Source: Deltaproteobacteria bacterium
GTDB taxonomy: Bacteria; Desulfobacterota; Desulfobaccia; Desulfobaccales; 0-14-0-80-60-11
Assembly (NCBI GenBank): GCA_016875015.1
Contig: VGSJ01000002.1
Coordinates: 12,465 to 76,464 of the forward strand
DNA: 64,000 nt
Direction of reading: 5' to 3'
The stretch's first letter is position 1, and every line of letters begins with the position of its first letter. The notes beneath the pieces are model-generated. The model was not told the origin of the DNA. It saw only the letters and a list, made by a program, of their open reading frames with translations, and did no database searches. This document shows positions 43,786-53,963 of this stretch, piece after piece. Made by a program: the position numbers and the translations under genes.

Positions 43786-44594
43786 TTGACCAGCCCCATT
43801 ACCCAGGTTCCCCACCATTGGGAGATATTATAAAGTCTGAGCAGCACGAACAGACCGGTCCAGCCCAGGAAAAACCCCACATCCCGGCCGTGGAGGCGCA
43901 GTGGCCGGAGCAGGCGGATTTCGCCGTCAAACCCCCGGGAGAGCATGGCCAGATGCAGGCGCTGGGCCCGGTCCAGGGTGCGCAACAGCAAGTGGCCCAG
44001 CAGGGAACCGTAGGTCCCAAAGCCCAGGCCGCGGCCGTCAAACGAGCGCAACGCCCGGGCCCGCACCATCCGGGCGGCTTCGCCCCCCAGCACGAAAAGA
44101 TAGCGGTAGAGGAACAGCAGTTGGAGAGCGAAGACCCGGGGCATCCCCAGCCGCTCCAGCGCGGCGCACACCTGGTGAAAGCCGGTGACGGCGATGAGAA
44201 TCAGGGCGGCGCTCACCGTCAGGACGAACCTGAGCATGATGGAGGCAAACGAGACCCAACCGCCGGAAATGGCCAGGGGACCGAGGTGGACCATGACCTG
44301 CCGGTCCAGCAGGGGGTTGAAGATGCCGATGAAAACCGCGAAGGGGGCGGCGATCAAGATTTTCTTCCCCAGATACCCCACGGGCACATTTCCCAGGGCG
44401 ATGAGCGCCACCGGGTAGAGAATAAAGGGAATCAAGCTGCCGACGGCGTACTTGGGGAAGGAGACCACGGCCACGATGAATACCATGGTGGTGAGCAGTT
44501 TAACCCGGGGGTCCAGCCGGTGGATGGGGGTCGCCTGGTAGGACAGCGTCTCCAGATAGCCGATATTATAAAGGGAATTTTCGATGGTGCCCAT
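43782..44594 (-). CDS. cbiQ: ECF transporter transmembrane T component (CbiQ-type)
   Basis: IHRLDPRVKLL....F..... and ...ARALRSF motifs typical of CbiQ/EcfT. Confidence 0.85.
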   Translation of the reverse strand: MGTIENSLYNIGYLETLSYQATPIHRLDPRVKLLTTMVFIVAVVSFPKYAVGSLIPFILYPVALIALGNVPVGYLGKKILIAAPFAVFIGIFNPLLDRQVMVHLGPLAISGGWVSFASIMLRFVLTVSAALILIAVTGFHQVCAALERLGMPRVFALQLLFLYRYLFVLGGEAARMVRARALRSFDGRGLGFGTYGSLLGHLLLRTLDRAQRLHLAMLSRGFDGEIRLLRPLRLHGRDVGFFLGWTGLFVLLRLYNISQWWGTWVMGLVK

Positions 44595-44673
44595 GCCGGC
44601 GCCTCAGAAAGACCGGGGGCGGGATCTGGTTTCGAACCCCGCCCCGGGTGTGCCGCCCCGGGAAAACCCGGGA

Positions 44674-45708
44674 TCAGCCGTGGTGGCCGGCATACTTTTT
44701 CAGCCCGAAGCCGATGGCTCCGACCAGGAGCAGGGTGATGACGGCCCCCAGCACCCCCGCCAGGGATTTGCCGGGGTTGACGTCGGGCCAGCTCTCTTCT
44801 TTTTTGGCCTCCGGCTCGCCTTCCGGCTTCCTGAAGTCATAGTCCGGCAGGAAGGCGAGCTTCTCCTGAAGCGCCGCCAGCACCCCGTGAGCCCCGGTCT
44901 TGGGCGCCTGAACCTCCTCCTTGCCCGTGACCCCCTTGATGGCCCACTCCAGCCCGTCCGGATGGGTGGAGGCGAACCAGGAGAGGAACCCCCCGGTGAA
45001 CACGGCCAGCGCCACCAGGCCGAGGATGACCGGCTTGAAAGAGCGGGGCGCGCCCGACGCCATAGGCGGCGCCATCTCCAGGATTTCCGGCCGGGCCTTC
45101 CAGACGAAGGCCACCACCGTAGCGGTGACGAGGCCTTCCACGACGCCGATGGCCAGGTGGATCGGCTGCATCAAGAGCATGAAGGTGAAGAAGGGCAACT
45201 CCGAAATGCCCGAGAACCAAGTTTCCCCCACCACCCCAAACGCGCCCATTTGCAGGCTCAGGATCGCGGCGGCCATGGCTCCCAGCAGAATGCGCCCCTG
45301 AGTCGGTCGCTCTCCCACCAGCTTTTTATAAATAAACGGATACGCGATAAAACAGGGGAAAAGGCCGAGATTGAAAATATTGCATCCCAGGGCCAAGAGC
45401 CCCCCGTCGGCGAAGAACAGGGCCTGCACCGTGAGGACGGAGGCCATGGTGAGGAACGCGGCATAAGGTCCCAGCAGGATGGCGAGAATCATGCCGCCGC
45501 CCAGGTGGCCGCTGGAACCGGTGGCGGGGATGGTGAAGTTGATCATTTGGGCCGCAAACACGAAGGCCCCCAGGACCCCCATGAGGGGGAGCTTGCGGTC
45601 GTCCATGTCCTGCTTGAGCTTCCTGGCGCTGTACACGGTGAGCCCGGCGGTGGCGGCCCACATCGCACCGCCCACCGCGGGGGAAATCAAGGCATCCGCC
45701 ATGTGCAT
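44674..45708 (-). CDS. cbiM: Ni/Co ECF substrate-capture component CbiM fused to a PDGLE domain
   Basis: N-terminus MHMADALISPAVGG (the metal-ligating Met-His N-terminus of CbiM/NikM), a polytopic core, and C-terminal ...STHPDGLEW... plus one TM helix. Start chosen at the second of three ATGs (GGAGAT spacing). Confidence 0.8.
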   Translation of the reverse strand: MHMADALISPAVGGAMWAATAGLTVYSARKLKQDMDDRKLPLMGVLGAFVFAAQMINFTIPATGSSGHLGGGMILAILLGPYAAFLTMASVLTVQALFFADGGLLALGCNIFNLGLFPCFIAYPFIYKKLVGERPTQGRILLGAMAAAILSLQMGAFGVVGETWFSGISELPFFTFMLLMQPIHLAIGVVEGLVTATVVAFVWKARPEILEMAPPMASGAPRSFKPVILGLVALAVFTGGFLSWFASTHPDGLEWAIKGVTGKEEVQAPKTGAHGVLAALQEKLAFLPDYDFRKPEGEPEAKKEESWPDVNPGKSLAGVLGAVITLLLVGAIGFGLKKYAGHHG

Positions 45709-45953
45709 ATGCATATCTCCATCAAGATGTAGTTCGGGGGATCTGCCCCCGGCTTCCGAGAGGCCTGGCCAGTTGGCCCGCCGCACCTTGCCCCGGGACC
45801 TCGGGCGAAAAAGGCGCAAAAAAAAGCCGCGAACTGCCCGGCGCCTTCAAACGCCTGTGCCTTCGTGGCTTTCTTAAAGTGCTGCTGCGAGTGGCTTCCC
45901 GGAGTTCATCCCCGGATTATGATTATTTTACCCCGGATGAGGCGGTTTGTCAA
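45709..45953 (-). promoter_or_regulatory. Promoter plus about 210-nt structured leader of the ECF operon
   Basis: Minus strand: TTGACA (45953-48), 17 nt, TAAAAT (45930-25). The leader contains hairpins and a GC stem followed by U8 (45845-45818). The inverted repeat TCATCC/GGATGA brackets the -10 hexamer. Confidence 0.5.
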
Positions 45954-46021
45954 GAATTTTGCCGCGCCATTTTGCCGCCAGAATTTTGCCGCGCCACGGT
46001 GACGCCTGCGGCCGGGGAGGA

Positions 46022-46888
46022 TTACCCGCCAAGCTGATATTCCCGGCGGCGCCAGGCTTTCAGGGCTTCCACCAGATTGTAGGTGAGCCTGTCTTGGCAG
46101 GGCATGCTCCCCAGGGAGATTTCCGGCTTGTTGAGGCCGTGGTAGTCGGACCCGCCGGTGATCAGGAGGTCAAGCTCCCGGGCCAGCTTCAGGTACAGGG
46201 CTTGCTGCTCCGGGGTGTGCTCGGAGTAAAAAACTTCCAGCCCCGCCAACCCCTGGTCTTTCAGCTCGATGACCAGGTTTTTCAGGGCGTAGGCCGAGCC
46301 CTGGTTCAGGGTAAACGGGTGGGCCAGGACCGGGATGCCCTTCGCCTCCCGGATCATGGTCAGGGCCTGGTCCGGGGGAAAGCGGAACTTGCTGACGTAG
46401 GCGGGCTTGCGCCAGCCCAGGAAGCGGTCGAAAGCCTCTTGCAGGTCTTGGACGCAGCCCGACTCCATCAAGGCCCGGGCGATGTGGGGCCGGCCCACCT
46501 GCCCGCCGCCGGAGATTTCCTCCACCCGGGCCATGGTGATGGGGACGCCCAGGGCGTTGAGTTTGGCGATGATCTGGGGGTTGCGGTCGATCCGGGCCTG
46601 TTTGAGCACCGCCAGGCGCTCATCCAGCCGGCCGTTGTGGTAGTCCACGAACAGCCCCAGGATGTGCATGGTGCCGCCGGGGAACTGGGCGCTGATCTCC
46701 ACCCCGGGGATGATCTCCACCCCGAGGCGGTCCCCCGCGGCCACGGCCTCGGGCAGGCCGTCCACGGTGTCGTGGTCGGTCAGGGCCATGGCCATGAGGC
46801 CGCCTTCTTTTGCCAGGCGCACCACCTCCGCCGGACGGTAAGAACCGTCCGAGGCGCTGGAGTGTACGTGCAGGTCGATGAGCTTCAT
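46022..46888 (-). CDS. PHP-domain phosphoesterase (TrpH/YciV-like)
   Basis: MKLIDLHVHSSASDGSY...ALTDHDT. Confidence 0.85.
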   Translation of the reverse strand: MKLIDLHVHSSASDGSYRPAEVVRLAKEGGLMAMALTDHDTVDGLPEAVAAGDRLGVEIIPGVEISAQFPGGTMHILGLFVDYHNGRLDERLAVLKQARIDRNPQIIAKLNALGVPITMARVEEISGGGQVGRPHIARALMESGCVQDLQEAFDRFLGWRKPAYVSKFRFPPDQALTMIREAKGIPVLAHPFTLNQGSAYALKNLVIELKDQGLAGLEVFYSEHTPEQQALYLKLARELDLLITGGSDYHGLNKPEISLGSMPCQDRLTYNLVEALKAWRRREYQLGG

Positions 46889-47049
46889 TTTAACCTTAAT
46901 CTTGCGCCAAAGCAGGGGGTTCCCCGCAAAGTTGCGTTCCCAAGCGGGAGCTTGGTAACGAGAAGGAAGGAATTATGGCGGGCAGTGCCCGCCCTACAGG
47001 TTAGCCGCAGCGCGCCCATTGCCTTGGCTGATCGCTGACCGCGATTTTA

Positions 47050-47763
47050 TCAATTAATCAGCGCCACCATCTCCCGGACGGCCCGCTCGATCCCCACCAG
47101 GATGGCCCGGGCCATGATGCTGTGGCCGATGGAGAACTCGGCGAACTCCTCCCGGCCCTTAAAGGGCTTGATATTCCGGTAGTTCAGGCCGTGGCCGCAT
47201 TTGACCTTCAAGCCGATGCTCCGGGCGTGCCGGGCGGCGTTGAGCAGTTCCTGAAAGAGCCGGGTGGCTTCGGCCCGGGTAAGGGCGTCGGCGTAAGTGC
47301 CGGTGTGAAGCTCCACCCACTCGGCCCCCACTTCCCTGGCCGCGTCGATCTGGGCGGTCCCCGGGTCCACGAACAGGCTGACCCGCAGGCCCACTTCTTT
47401 CAGGTCCTGGACGAAATTCGTGAGAAAAGCCTTGTTCCCCGCCACATCCAGGCCCCCCTCGGTGGTGAGCTCCTGCCGTTTTTCCGGCACCAGGGTCACC
47501 AAGTCGGGCTTCACCTCCCGGGCGATGGTGAGCATCTCCGGGGTGGCGGCCATCTCCAGGTTGAGGCGGGTCTTAACGGTCTGGCGCAGCAGTTCGAGGT
47601 CCCGGTCCTGGATGTGGCGCCGGTCTTCCCTCAGGTGCACGATGATGCCGTCCGCCCCGGCCAGCTCCGCCAGGGCCGCGGCCGTCACCGGGTCCGGCTC
47701 ATTGGCGAGGCGGGCCTGGCGCAGGGTGGCCACATGATCAATGTTTACTTCCAGTCGCGGCAC
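47050..47763 (-). CDS. pdxJ: Pyridoxine 5'-phosphate synthase
   Basis: [24 protein letters not shown], and HAGH-like CGHGLNY. GTG start at 47763 (GGAGAA SD) preferred; the longer track ORF runs into a repeat. Confidence 0.9.
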   Translation of the reverse strand: MPRLEVNIDHVATLRQARLANEPDPVTAAALAELAGADGIIVHLREDRRHIQDRDLELLRQTVKTRLNLEMAATPEMLTIAREVKPDLVTLVPEKRQELTTEGGLDVAGNKAFLTNFVQDLKEVGLRVSLFVDPGTAQIDAAREVGAEWVELHTGTYADALTRAEATRLFQELLNAARHARSIGLKVKCGHGLNYRNIKPFKGREEFAEFSIGHSIMARAILVGIERAVREMVALIN

Positions 47764-47820
47764 GCCGTTTCTCCTATGAATATATCGCGTTTGCCAAAAA
47801 TCCTTCCATTGATGGTTTTT

Positions 47821-47911
47821 AAATCCCCCTAAATCCCCCTTTGCCAAAGGGGGACTTTCAAAGGAATTCCGTTAAGTTCCCCCCTTTGGAAAAGGGGGGT
47901 CAGGGGGATTT
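47821..47911. repeat. AAATCCCCC / CCCCCTTTGSCAAAGGGGG hairpin repeats
   Basis: The reverse complement GAAAGTCCCCCTTTGGCAAAGGGGGATTTAGGGGGA matches 15431-15466 (TAAAGTCCCCCTTTAACAAAGGGGGATTTAGGGGCA). Overlaps the last codons of ybeY. Confidence 0.8.
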
Positions 47912-48384
47912 TCCGGCTCGGGGGGAGCCGGTTCCAAATCCCACGACCGCCCGGGGTAGAGCACCCCCATCAGCTCCCAGGTTCTGGCGGTCATGCGGGC
48001 TTCGGCCGCCGGCGCTCCGTGGTCGTAGCCCAACAGGTGTAATATACCGTGAATCAGAAAAAAGGCGAGGAGTTCCTGCCAGGGCCAGCCAAATTCCTGG
48101 GCCTGGCGGCGGGTAGTCTGAAGCGAAATCACCACCTCGCCCAGAAGCGCCGGGGGGCCGCCGGGGGTAGGCGGGTCGTCCAGGGGAAAGGCGATGACGT
48201 TGGTGGGGCCGCGCCGCCCGAAGGTTTCCCGGTTCAGGCGCGCCATGGCCCGGTCGCCCACCAGGGTAAGGCTCAGTTCCCGGTCAGACAATCCCAAGGC
48301 GTTTAAGATCTTCGCGGCTTTTTCCCTGAGCTTCTGCTGACTTAAGACCGTTGTCCTTTGGCGGTTGTTTATCCAGATCGTCAT
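47872..48384 (-). CDS. ybeY: rRNA maturation endoribonuclease YbeY
   Basis: HGILHLLGYDH zinc motif and PTNVIAFPL. About 25-aa Pro-rich C-terminal extension. Confidence 0.9.
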   Translation of the reverse strand: MTIWINNRQRTTVLSQQKLREKAAKILNALGLSDRELSLTLVGDRAMARLNRETFGRRGPTNVIAFPLDDPPTPGGPPALLGEVVISLQTTRRQAQEFGWPWQELLAFFLIHGILHLLGYDHGAPAAEARMTARTWELMGVLYPGRSWDLEPAPPEPENPPDPPFPKGGT

Positions 48385-50788
48385 GGGACTTCTTCTTGTC
48401 GATGGCCTGGGGGTATTGGATGCGTTGGTGAAAGATGCCGCTCAAAATCTTGTTGAAGCTTCTGGCAATGTGGTGCAGGTCCTTTAGGGTGAGTTCACAC
48501 TCATCCAGTTGGCCGTCGGCGAACACGTTGTTGATGATCTTCTGGACCATGCCCTGGATGCGGGCCGGGGTGGGGTCCGTCAGGGTCCGGGAGGCCGCCT
48601 CCACCTGGTCCGCCAGGAGCACCAGCCCGGCTTCCTTGGTCTGGGGCCGGGGGCCCGGGTAGCGGTAATCCTCCATATTGACCTGGTTGGGTTTGGCCGC
48701 CTGGGTCTTGGCTTTGTGGAAAAAATAGTTGATGAGGTTGGTGCCGTGGTGCTGGCGGATGATATCGGCGATGTTCTCCCCCAACCGGTGTTTCAGGGCC
48801 AGGTCCACACCGTCCTTGACATGGGAGATGAGGATCAGGCTGCTCATGGACGGGGCCAGCTTCTCGTGCTTGTTGTCCCCGCCCATCTGGTTTTCCACGA
48901 AATAGGCCGGCTTATTGATCTTGCCGATGTCGTGGTAAAAGGCCGCGGCCTTGGCCAGCATGGGATTGGCCCCGATGGTCTCCGCGGCGGCTTCCACCAT
49001 CTGGCCCACCACCATGGAGTGATGATAGGTCCCCGGGGCGATGAGCATCAGTTGTTTGAGCACGGGTTGATCCAGGTTCAAGAGCTCCAGCAGGCGGATA
49101 TTGGAGGAGTAGCGGAACAATGACTCCATGATGGGGGTCAGCCCCAGGGCCAGGATGCCGGTGAGCACGCCGCCTCCCAGGGCAAAAGCCTCCGCGATAA
49201 GCAGGTCGCTGCCGGTGAAAGGAAACTCCAACAATTTGAAGGTGGCCACCAGGACCATGTTGGCCAGGCTGATGATCAGGCCGGTTTGAATCAAGGCGCT
49301 GCGGCGGCGGCAACTTTCCACGCCCCAGACCCCCATCAGACCCGCAATGATAAAGTAGATGAACAGGGGAAAGGGTTTATCCACCATCAGGGCCGCGAAG
49401 GTGGCGCCGAGGCAGGCCACCCCCACCCCCATCTCCAGCCCGAGAAACATGGCGGCTAAGATGGCGGCTAATCCCAGGGGCAGGATGTACACCAGGTTGT
49501 GGCCCACCAGGGGGAGGGTCCGGGAAACATTGTCCCCCAGCGCCAGGAGCCCTTTGTTCATCAGGGTGCTGGCCAGGAGCAGGGCCGCCACGAAAATCAG
49601 GTCCCGCCAGCGGTTGGAAAAGCGCCGCAGGGTAATGCGGGCCAGTTGATAAGAGACCCCCAGGAGCACGGCGAGGCAGAGGAAGAGCCCCAGGAAGACG
49701 AGCACCCCCCGGCTGCGAGGGTAGATCTTGGTCTGGGCCTGCAATTTTACCAGGTGCAGGGGCGTAATGCGCTCGCCTTCCCGCACCAGCATCTCGCCCC
49801 GCGTTACCTTGAAGTAAACGGGCTTTAATTCCTGCAGGCTGGCCTGCTGGCGCTCATGGGTTTCGGCCCAGTTGGGGGAGACGTTGGGCACCAGCAAAAC
49901 CTGGGTCAAATCGCACACCAGCCACCGATCGGCGGGAGACACCTCCAGGGCCATGTCCCGGCAATATCCCGCCGCGGATTTCCGCCCCTCTTCCATCTCA
50001 ATAAAGGCGAAGGGCGGGCGCTCCAGCGCCTCCACGCGGGAGGGCAGGCGCCGCACCAGGATCTCCCGGGGCTCCGGCTTGAGAAGGGCGCGGCTGCTGA
50101 TCACCCCCTGCCGCAAAAATTGCCCCACCACCTGGCTGACCATGGCTTCCAGGTAGGGGGAAAACTCGGCTTTGGCCAGGAGGTGAAAGGTGGGCTTGGG
50201 GACGTTGACCCCCAGAAGGCGGTCGAATTCGAGCTTGTGGTCCAGCAGAACCTTATAGGGCGCCGTGGACTTGGCTTTACCCTTGGCGGCGGTCCCGGCC
50301 CGACCCGCCGGGGGAGCCGCCGCCGCTTCCTGGGAGATGCGCCGCATGTAGTCCATGGCTTTGTGGAGCCGCTGTTGCACCTCTTCCCCCAACTGCTCCT
50401 GCAAATCAAACACCGGGGGCATCTGCGTCACCAGTTCTTGCTGCTTCTTGCCCGAGGTCTCCACGTCTTCCACCAGGAATTCGCCGATGGCCTTGACGTT
50501 CTCCCGGGCCACATCCCCCACCAGGTAGTGGCGCGGCGGCTCCGAGATCCGGGGCGACAACATGAGGGCCAGCAGCAGGCTTAAGGCAAGGAGCAACGCC
50601 AGCCTGGCGCCCCGGTCCTGCCAGGGGGACAGAACGACTTTCCGGGACAAGGACTTGGGCAACCTGGAGCGCAGGCTGCGGCCCATGCCAGATATCCGGC
50701 TGATGCTTTTGGGCGCGTCTTTTTCAGGCATAAGGGTGCTCCGTGGTCCCGGGCGGCTCGCCCGGGCCTCCCCTTCTTTCAGGCTCAC
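48284..50788 (-). CDS. 7TM-receptor-type HD/HDIG phosphohydrolase (PgpH-like)
   Basis: Extracellular N-domain, 7 TM helices, then HHSMVVG......AAFYHDIGK (HD domain). GTG start overlaps the phoH stop (GTGA). Confidence 0.85.
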   Translation of the reverse strand: MSLKEGEARASRPGPRSTLMPEKDAPKSISRISGMGRSLRSRLPKSLSRKVVLSPWQDRGARLALLLALSLLLALMLSPRISEPPRHYLVGDVARENVKAIGEFLVEDVETSGKKQQELVTQMPPVFDLQEQLGEEVQQRLHKAMDYMRRISQEAAAAPPAGRAGTAAKGKAKSTAPYKVLLDHKLEFDRLLGVNVPKPTFHLLAKAEFSPYLEAMVSQVVGQFLRQGVISSRALLKPEPREILVRRLPSRVEALERPPFAFIEMEEGRKSAAGYCRDMALEVSPADRWLVCDLTQVLLVPNVSPNWAETHERQQASLQELKPVYFKVTRGEMLVREGERITPLHLVKLQAQTKIYPRSRGVLVFLGLFLCLAVLLGVSYQLARITLRRFSNRWRDLIFVAALLLASTLMNKGLLALGDNVSRTLPLVGHNLVYILPLGLAAILAAMFLGLEMGVGVACLGATFAALMVDKPFPLFIYFIIAGLMGVWGVESCRRRSALIQTGLIISLANMVLVATFKLLEFPFTGSDLLIAEAFALGGGVLTGILALGLTPIMESLFRYSSNIRLLELLNLDQPVLKQLMLIAPGTYHHSMVVGQMVEAAAETIGANPMLAKAAAFYHDIGKINKPAYFVENQMGGDNKHEKLAPSMSSLILISHVKDGVDLALKHRLGENIADIIRQHHGTNLINYFFHKAKTQAAKPNQVNMEDYRYPGPRPQTKEAGLVLLADQVEAASRTLTDPTPARIQGMVQKIINNVFADGQLDECELTLKDLHHIARSFNKILSGIFHQRIQYPQAIDKKKSHDDLDKQPPKDNGLKSAEAQGKSREDLKRLGIV

Positions 50789-51771
50789 GCCAGAGGTGGT
50801 TCCGCCTCATGACCGGCTCGGCGATTCCGGCGGCCTTCGTACGCCCGGATGATGTCCTGCACCAGGGGATGCCGCACCACATCCCGCTCGGTGAAGTGGA
50901 CAAAGGCGATCCCCTCCACTCCCGTGAGCAGGTCCCGGGCTTCCACCAACCCGGACCGCGCCCCGGGGGCCAGGTCGATCTGGGTCACATCCCCGGTGAT
51001 CACCGCCTTGGAGCCGAACCCCAGGCGGGTCAGGAACATCATCATCTGCTCGGACGTGGTATTCTGGGCCTCGTCCAGGATGACCAAGGAGTCGTTCAGG
51101 GTCCGGCCCCGCATAAAGGCCAGGGGGGCTACCTCGATGGTGCCCCGCTGCATCAGGCGGGTAGCCTTCTCAAAGTCCATCATATCATGGAGCGCATCAT
51201 AGAGGGGCCGCAAATAGGGGTTCACCTTCTCGGCCAGGTCCCCCGGCAGGAAGCCCAGCTTTTCCCCGGCTTCCACCGCCGGCCGGGCCAGCACGATGCG
51301 GATGCAGTCGTTGTTTACCAGGGCGGCCACCGCCATGGCCATGGCCAGGTAGGTTTTGCCGGTGCCCGCGGGGCCGATGCCGAAGACGATGTCGTGGCCC
51401 CGGATGGCTTCGATGTAGCGCTTCTGGTTGAGGCTCTTGGGGGAGATGCGCCGCTTCATGGCGGAGATGTACACCGTGTCCAGGAAGATATCCTTGACCG
51501 AGACGCTCTCATTGTCCTGGAGAATCTTGATGGTGTACTGCACGTCCTGGGCCAGGACCGGATAGCCCGTTTGCAGCAGCCCGTAAAGTTCCTGGAGCAC
51601 CCGATTGGCCAGGCGCACCGCCGCCTCGGGCCCCTCCAGGGTCACCTGGTGGCCCCGCACGTGGTGCTTCACCCCCAGGCTGCGGCTGACAATGGCCAGG
51701 TGCTTGCCGTGCTCGCCGTAGAGAGCCTGGGCCAGGGAATTGTCCTCAAAAATGAGATGGGCGCTTGCCAT
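50785..51771 (-). CDS. phoH: PhoH-like ATPase
   Basis: [13 protein letters not shown] Walker A, VILDEAQN Walker B. Confidence 0.9.
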   Translation of the reverse strand: MASAHLIFEDNSLAQALYGEHGKHLAIVSRSLGVKHHVRGHQVTLEGPEAAVRLANRVLQELYGLLQTGYPVLAQDVQYTIKILQDNESVSVKDIFLDTVYISAMKRRISPKSLNQKRYIEAIRGHDIVFGIGPAGTGKTYLAMAMAVAALVNNDCIRIVLARPAVEAGEKLGFLPGDLAEKVNPYLRPLYDALHDMMDFEKATRLMQRGTIEVAPLAFMRGRTLNDSLVILDEAQNTTSEQMMMFLTRLGFGSKAVITGDVTQIDLAPGARSGLVEARDLLTGVEGIAFVHFTERDVVRHPLVQDIIRAYEGRRNRRAGHEAEPPLA

Positions 51772-51796
51772 GGGGTGAGATTTCGCCGGGGGAGGT

Positions 51797-52237
51797 TTAT
51801 CCGTTGGTCGGCCTGGTTCCCATCACCTGCCCCTGGATGTGGCGCGGCCGGGGCCGGTTGTCAAAGTCCAGCAAGACGATCTGCTGCCAGGTGCCCAACA
51901 GGAGGCGTCCCCCGGCAATGGGGATGCTGAGGGAGGGCTTCATGAACGCGGCGCGCACGTGGGAGTAGCCGTTGCCGTCGCCCCAACGGCGATCGTGTTC
52001 GTAGGGAATGTCTCGGGGGAAGAGGCGGTCGATGGCCTCCCGTAGATCGTTGACCACACCGGACTCAAACTCGATGGTGGTCAAAGCCGCGGTGGAACCG
52101 GAGATGAACAGGGTGAGCAGCCCCTCCGTTACCCCGGTTTGCTCAACCTGGACCGCCACCGCCGCCGTAAGGTCCAGGATGTCAGTCCCGGCCGTGGTCT
52201 TGACCTCCAGGGTAAAGGTTTCTAAACAAAACATCAT
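51797..52237 (-). CDS. YjbQ/UPF0047 family (secondary thiamine-phosphate synthase-like)
   Basis: ...[15 protein letters not shown].........Y.H.....DGNG.SH......G.S...P...G.L.LGTWQ.I.L. Confidence 0.85.
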   Translation of the reverse strand: MMFCLETFTLEVKTTAGTDILDLTAAVAVQVEQTGVTEGLLTLFISGSTAALTTIEFESGVVNDLREAIDRLFPRDIPYEHDRRWGDGNGYSHVRAAFMKPSLSIPIAGGRLLLGTWQQIVLLDFDNRPRPRHIQGQVMGTRPTNG

Positions 52238-52394
52238 TGAAGGCCAATACTACCAAAATCCAGGGCGATCTACAAGTTTTTAACCTCGTTCCCAATCTCC
52301 TGCTTAGAAACCAGAAGACAGCTTCCACCTCTTCAGAAAAAACCCGGTTGGCGCGGCCTTCAGGAGATAGGCCCGGCAGGGCCGGTATTAACCC

Positions 52395-52423
52395 TTGACT
52401 AAGGGCCGGGAATAATCTAAAAA
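52395..52423 (+). promoter_or_regulatory. Candidate sigma70-type promoter of lysS
   Basis: TTGACT, 17 nt, TAAAAA, about 50 nt upstream of the ATG. Confidence 0.45.
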
Positions 52424-52473
52424 ATGTAAGTTACGGACCAATTTAGCGGCGCCCGCAATCAGGCTGACACTCC

Positions 52474-53958
52474 ATGGCACAATCCGATACCATCAAGACC
52501 CAGCGCCTGCAGAAGCTGGCGGAGCTTAGGGAACAGGGCGTCGAGCCCTTTGCCAACGGTTTTGTTCCCACCCACACTATCGCCCAGATCCTGGGAGAGT
52601 TCGGGACCCTGGGCGGTCCCGAGCTGGAGGCATTAGACCAGACCTTCCGCCTGGCCGGCCGCCTCATGCTCCTCCGGGAGTTCGGCAAGGCCACCTTCTG
52701 CCATTTCCAGGACGGCACCAGCCGCGTCCAGGCCTACGTCCAGAAACAGGTTATCGGCCCGGAGGCCTTCGCGTTGTTCAAACGCCTGGATCTGGGCGAC
52801 ATCGTGGGGTTTACCGGCACGCTGTTTCGCACCAAAACCGGGGAGCTCACCCTGGCGGTGACCGACTTCGTCCTCCTCACCAAGTCGCTCCTCCCCCTGC
52901 CGGAAAAGTACCACGGCCTCACCGACCTGGAGACCCGCTACCGCCAGCGCTACCTGGACCTCATGGTCAACCCCCAGGTGCGGGAGGTTTTCATCAGGCG
53001 GGCCGCCATCATAACTCTGATGCGACAGTTTTTCGAGGCCCGGGGCTTCCTGGAGGTGGAGACCCCCATGATGCAGCCCATTCCCGGGGGCGCCACGGCC
53101 CGGCCCTTCGTCACCTACCACCAGGCCCTGGACATAACCCTGTATTTACGGATCGCCCCGGAACTCTACCTGAAACGCCTGGTGATCGGCGGCTTCGACC
53201 GGGTCTTCGAGATCAACCGGAACTTCCGCAACGAAGGGCTCTCCATCCAGCACAACCCCGAATTCACCATGCTGGAGTTCTACCAGGCCTACGCCACCTA
53301 TGAGGACCTGATGCCCCTGACCGAGGAACTGATCAGCTTTGTTGCCCGTGAGGTCCTGGGGACTTTGCGGTTCGCCTGCCAGGGCGTCGAGATCGACCTG
53401 ACCCCGCCCTGGCGCCGCTTGGACCTGAGGGAGTCCCTCACGTCCATCGGCGGCATCCCCGCGGCGGTGGTCCGGGACCATGAGGCCCTGGTGGCCCTGG
53501 CCCTTTCGGAGGGGGTCGTCCTGCGTCCCGGCGAAGGCTACGGCCGGGCCCTGACGAAACTCTTCGACCTCAAGGTAGAAGCCCGCCTCCAGCAGCCCAC
53601 CTTTATCCTGGGCTACCCCCGGGAAACCTCGCCCCTGTCCCGGGGCAGCGAGGCCGACCCGGAGGTGGTGGACCGGTTCGAACTGTTCATCAATGGGCGG
53701 GAGATGGCCAACGCCTTCTCCGAGCTCAACGATCCCCTGGACCAGCGGCAGCGCTTCGAACAACAGCTGGCCGCCCACGCCGCCGGCGATGAAGAGATGC
53801 CCCACGCCCTGGACGAGGACTTCGTCACGGCCTTGTCGTACGGCATGCCGCCCACCGCAGGTGAAGGCATCGGTATCGACCGGCTGGTGATGCTTCTCAC
53901 CGATTCCCCCTCGATCCGGGACGTCATTTTATTTCCCCTTCTCAGGCCGGAAAGGTAA
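52474..53958 (+). CDS. lysS: Lysyl-tRNA synthetase, class II
   Basis: OB-fold N-domain plus the class II core (FLEVETPMM, FRNEG, GIGIDRL). Confidence 0.95.
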   Translation: MAQSDTIKTQRLQKLAELREQGVEPFANGFVPTHTIAQILGEFGTLGGPELEALDQTFRLAGRLMLLREFGKATFCHFQDGTSRVQAYVQKQVIGPEAFALFKRLDLGDIVGFTGTLFRTKTGELTLAVTDFVLLTKSLLPLPEKYHGLTDLETRYRQRYLDLMVNPQVREVFIRRAAIITLMRQFFEARGFLEVETPMMQPIPGGATARPFVTYHQALDITLYLRIAPELYLKRLVIGGFDRVFEINRNFRNEGLSIQHNPEFTMLEFYQAYATYEDLMPLTEELISFVAREVLGTLRFACQGVEIDLTPPWRRLDLRESLTSIGGIPAAVVRDHEALVALALSEGVVLRPGEGYGRALTKLFDLKVEARLQQPTFILGYPRETSPLSRGSEADPEVVDRFELFINGREMANAFSELNDPLDQRQRFEQQLAAHAAGDEEMPHALDEDFVTALSYGMPPTAGEGIGIDRLVMLLTDSPSIRDVILFPLLRPER

Positions 53959-53963
53959 CCTCC

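Noticed and set aside
44584-45732. 382-aa plus-strand ORF
   Set aside because: It is antisense to cbiM-PDGLE, with a low-complexity translation.
45709-45925. Cobalamin (B12) riboswitch in the cbiM leader
   Set aside because: I could not find the B12-box (GCCACTG-like) or the conserved GGTG..AATCC..CCCGC core by eye. I report it only as an unclassified structured leader.
45947-47038. 363-aa plus-strand ORF
   Set aside because: It is antisense to the well-supported PHP-domain gene, with G/P/A/R-rich low-complexity translation typical of high-GC antisense frames.
52238-52473. Strand switch (minus-strand genes to the left, plus-strand genes to the right) as a possible replication origin
   Set aside because: There is no dnaA or dnaN nearby, and I saw no DnaA-box clusters (TTATCCACA-like) or AT-rich unwinding element. 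It is an ordinary divergent promoter region.
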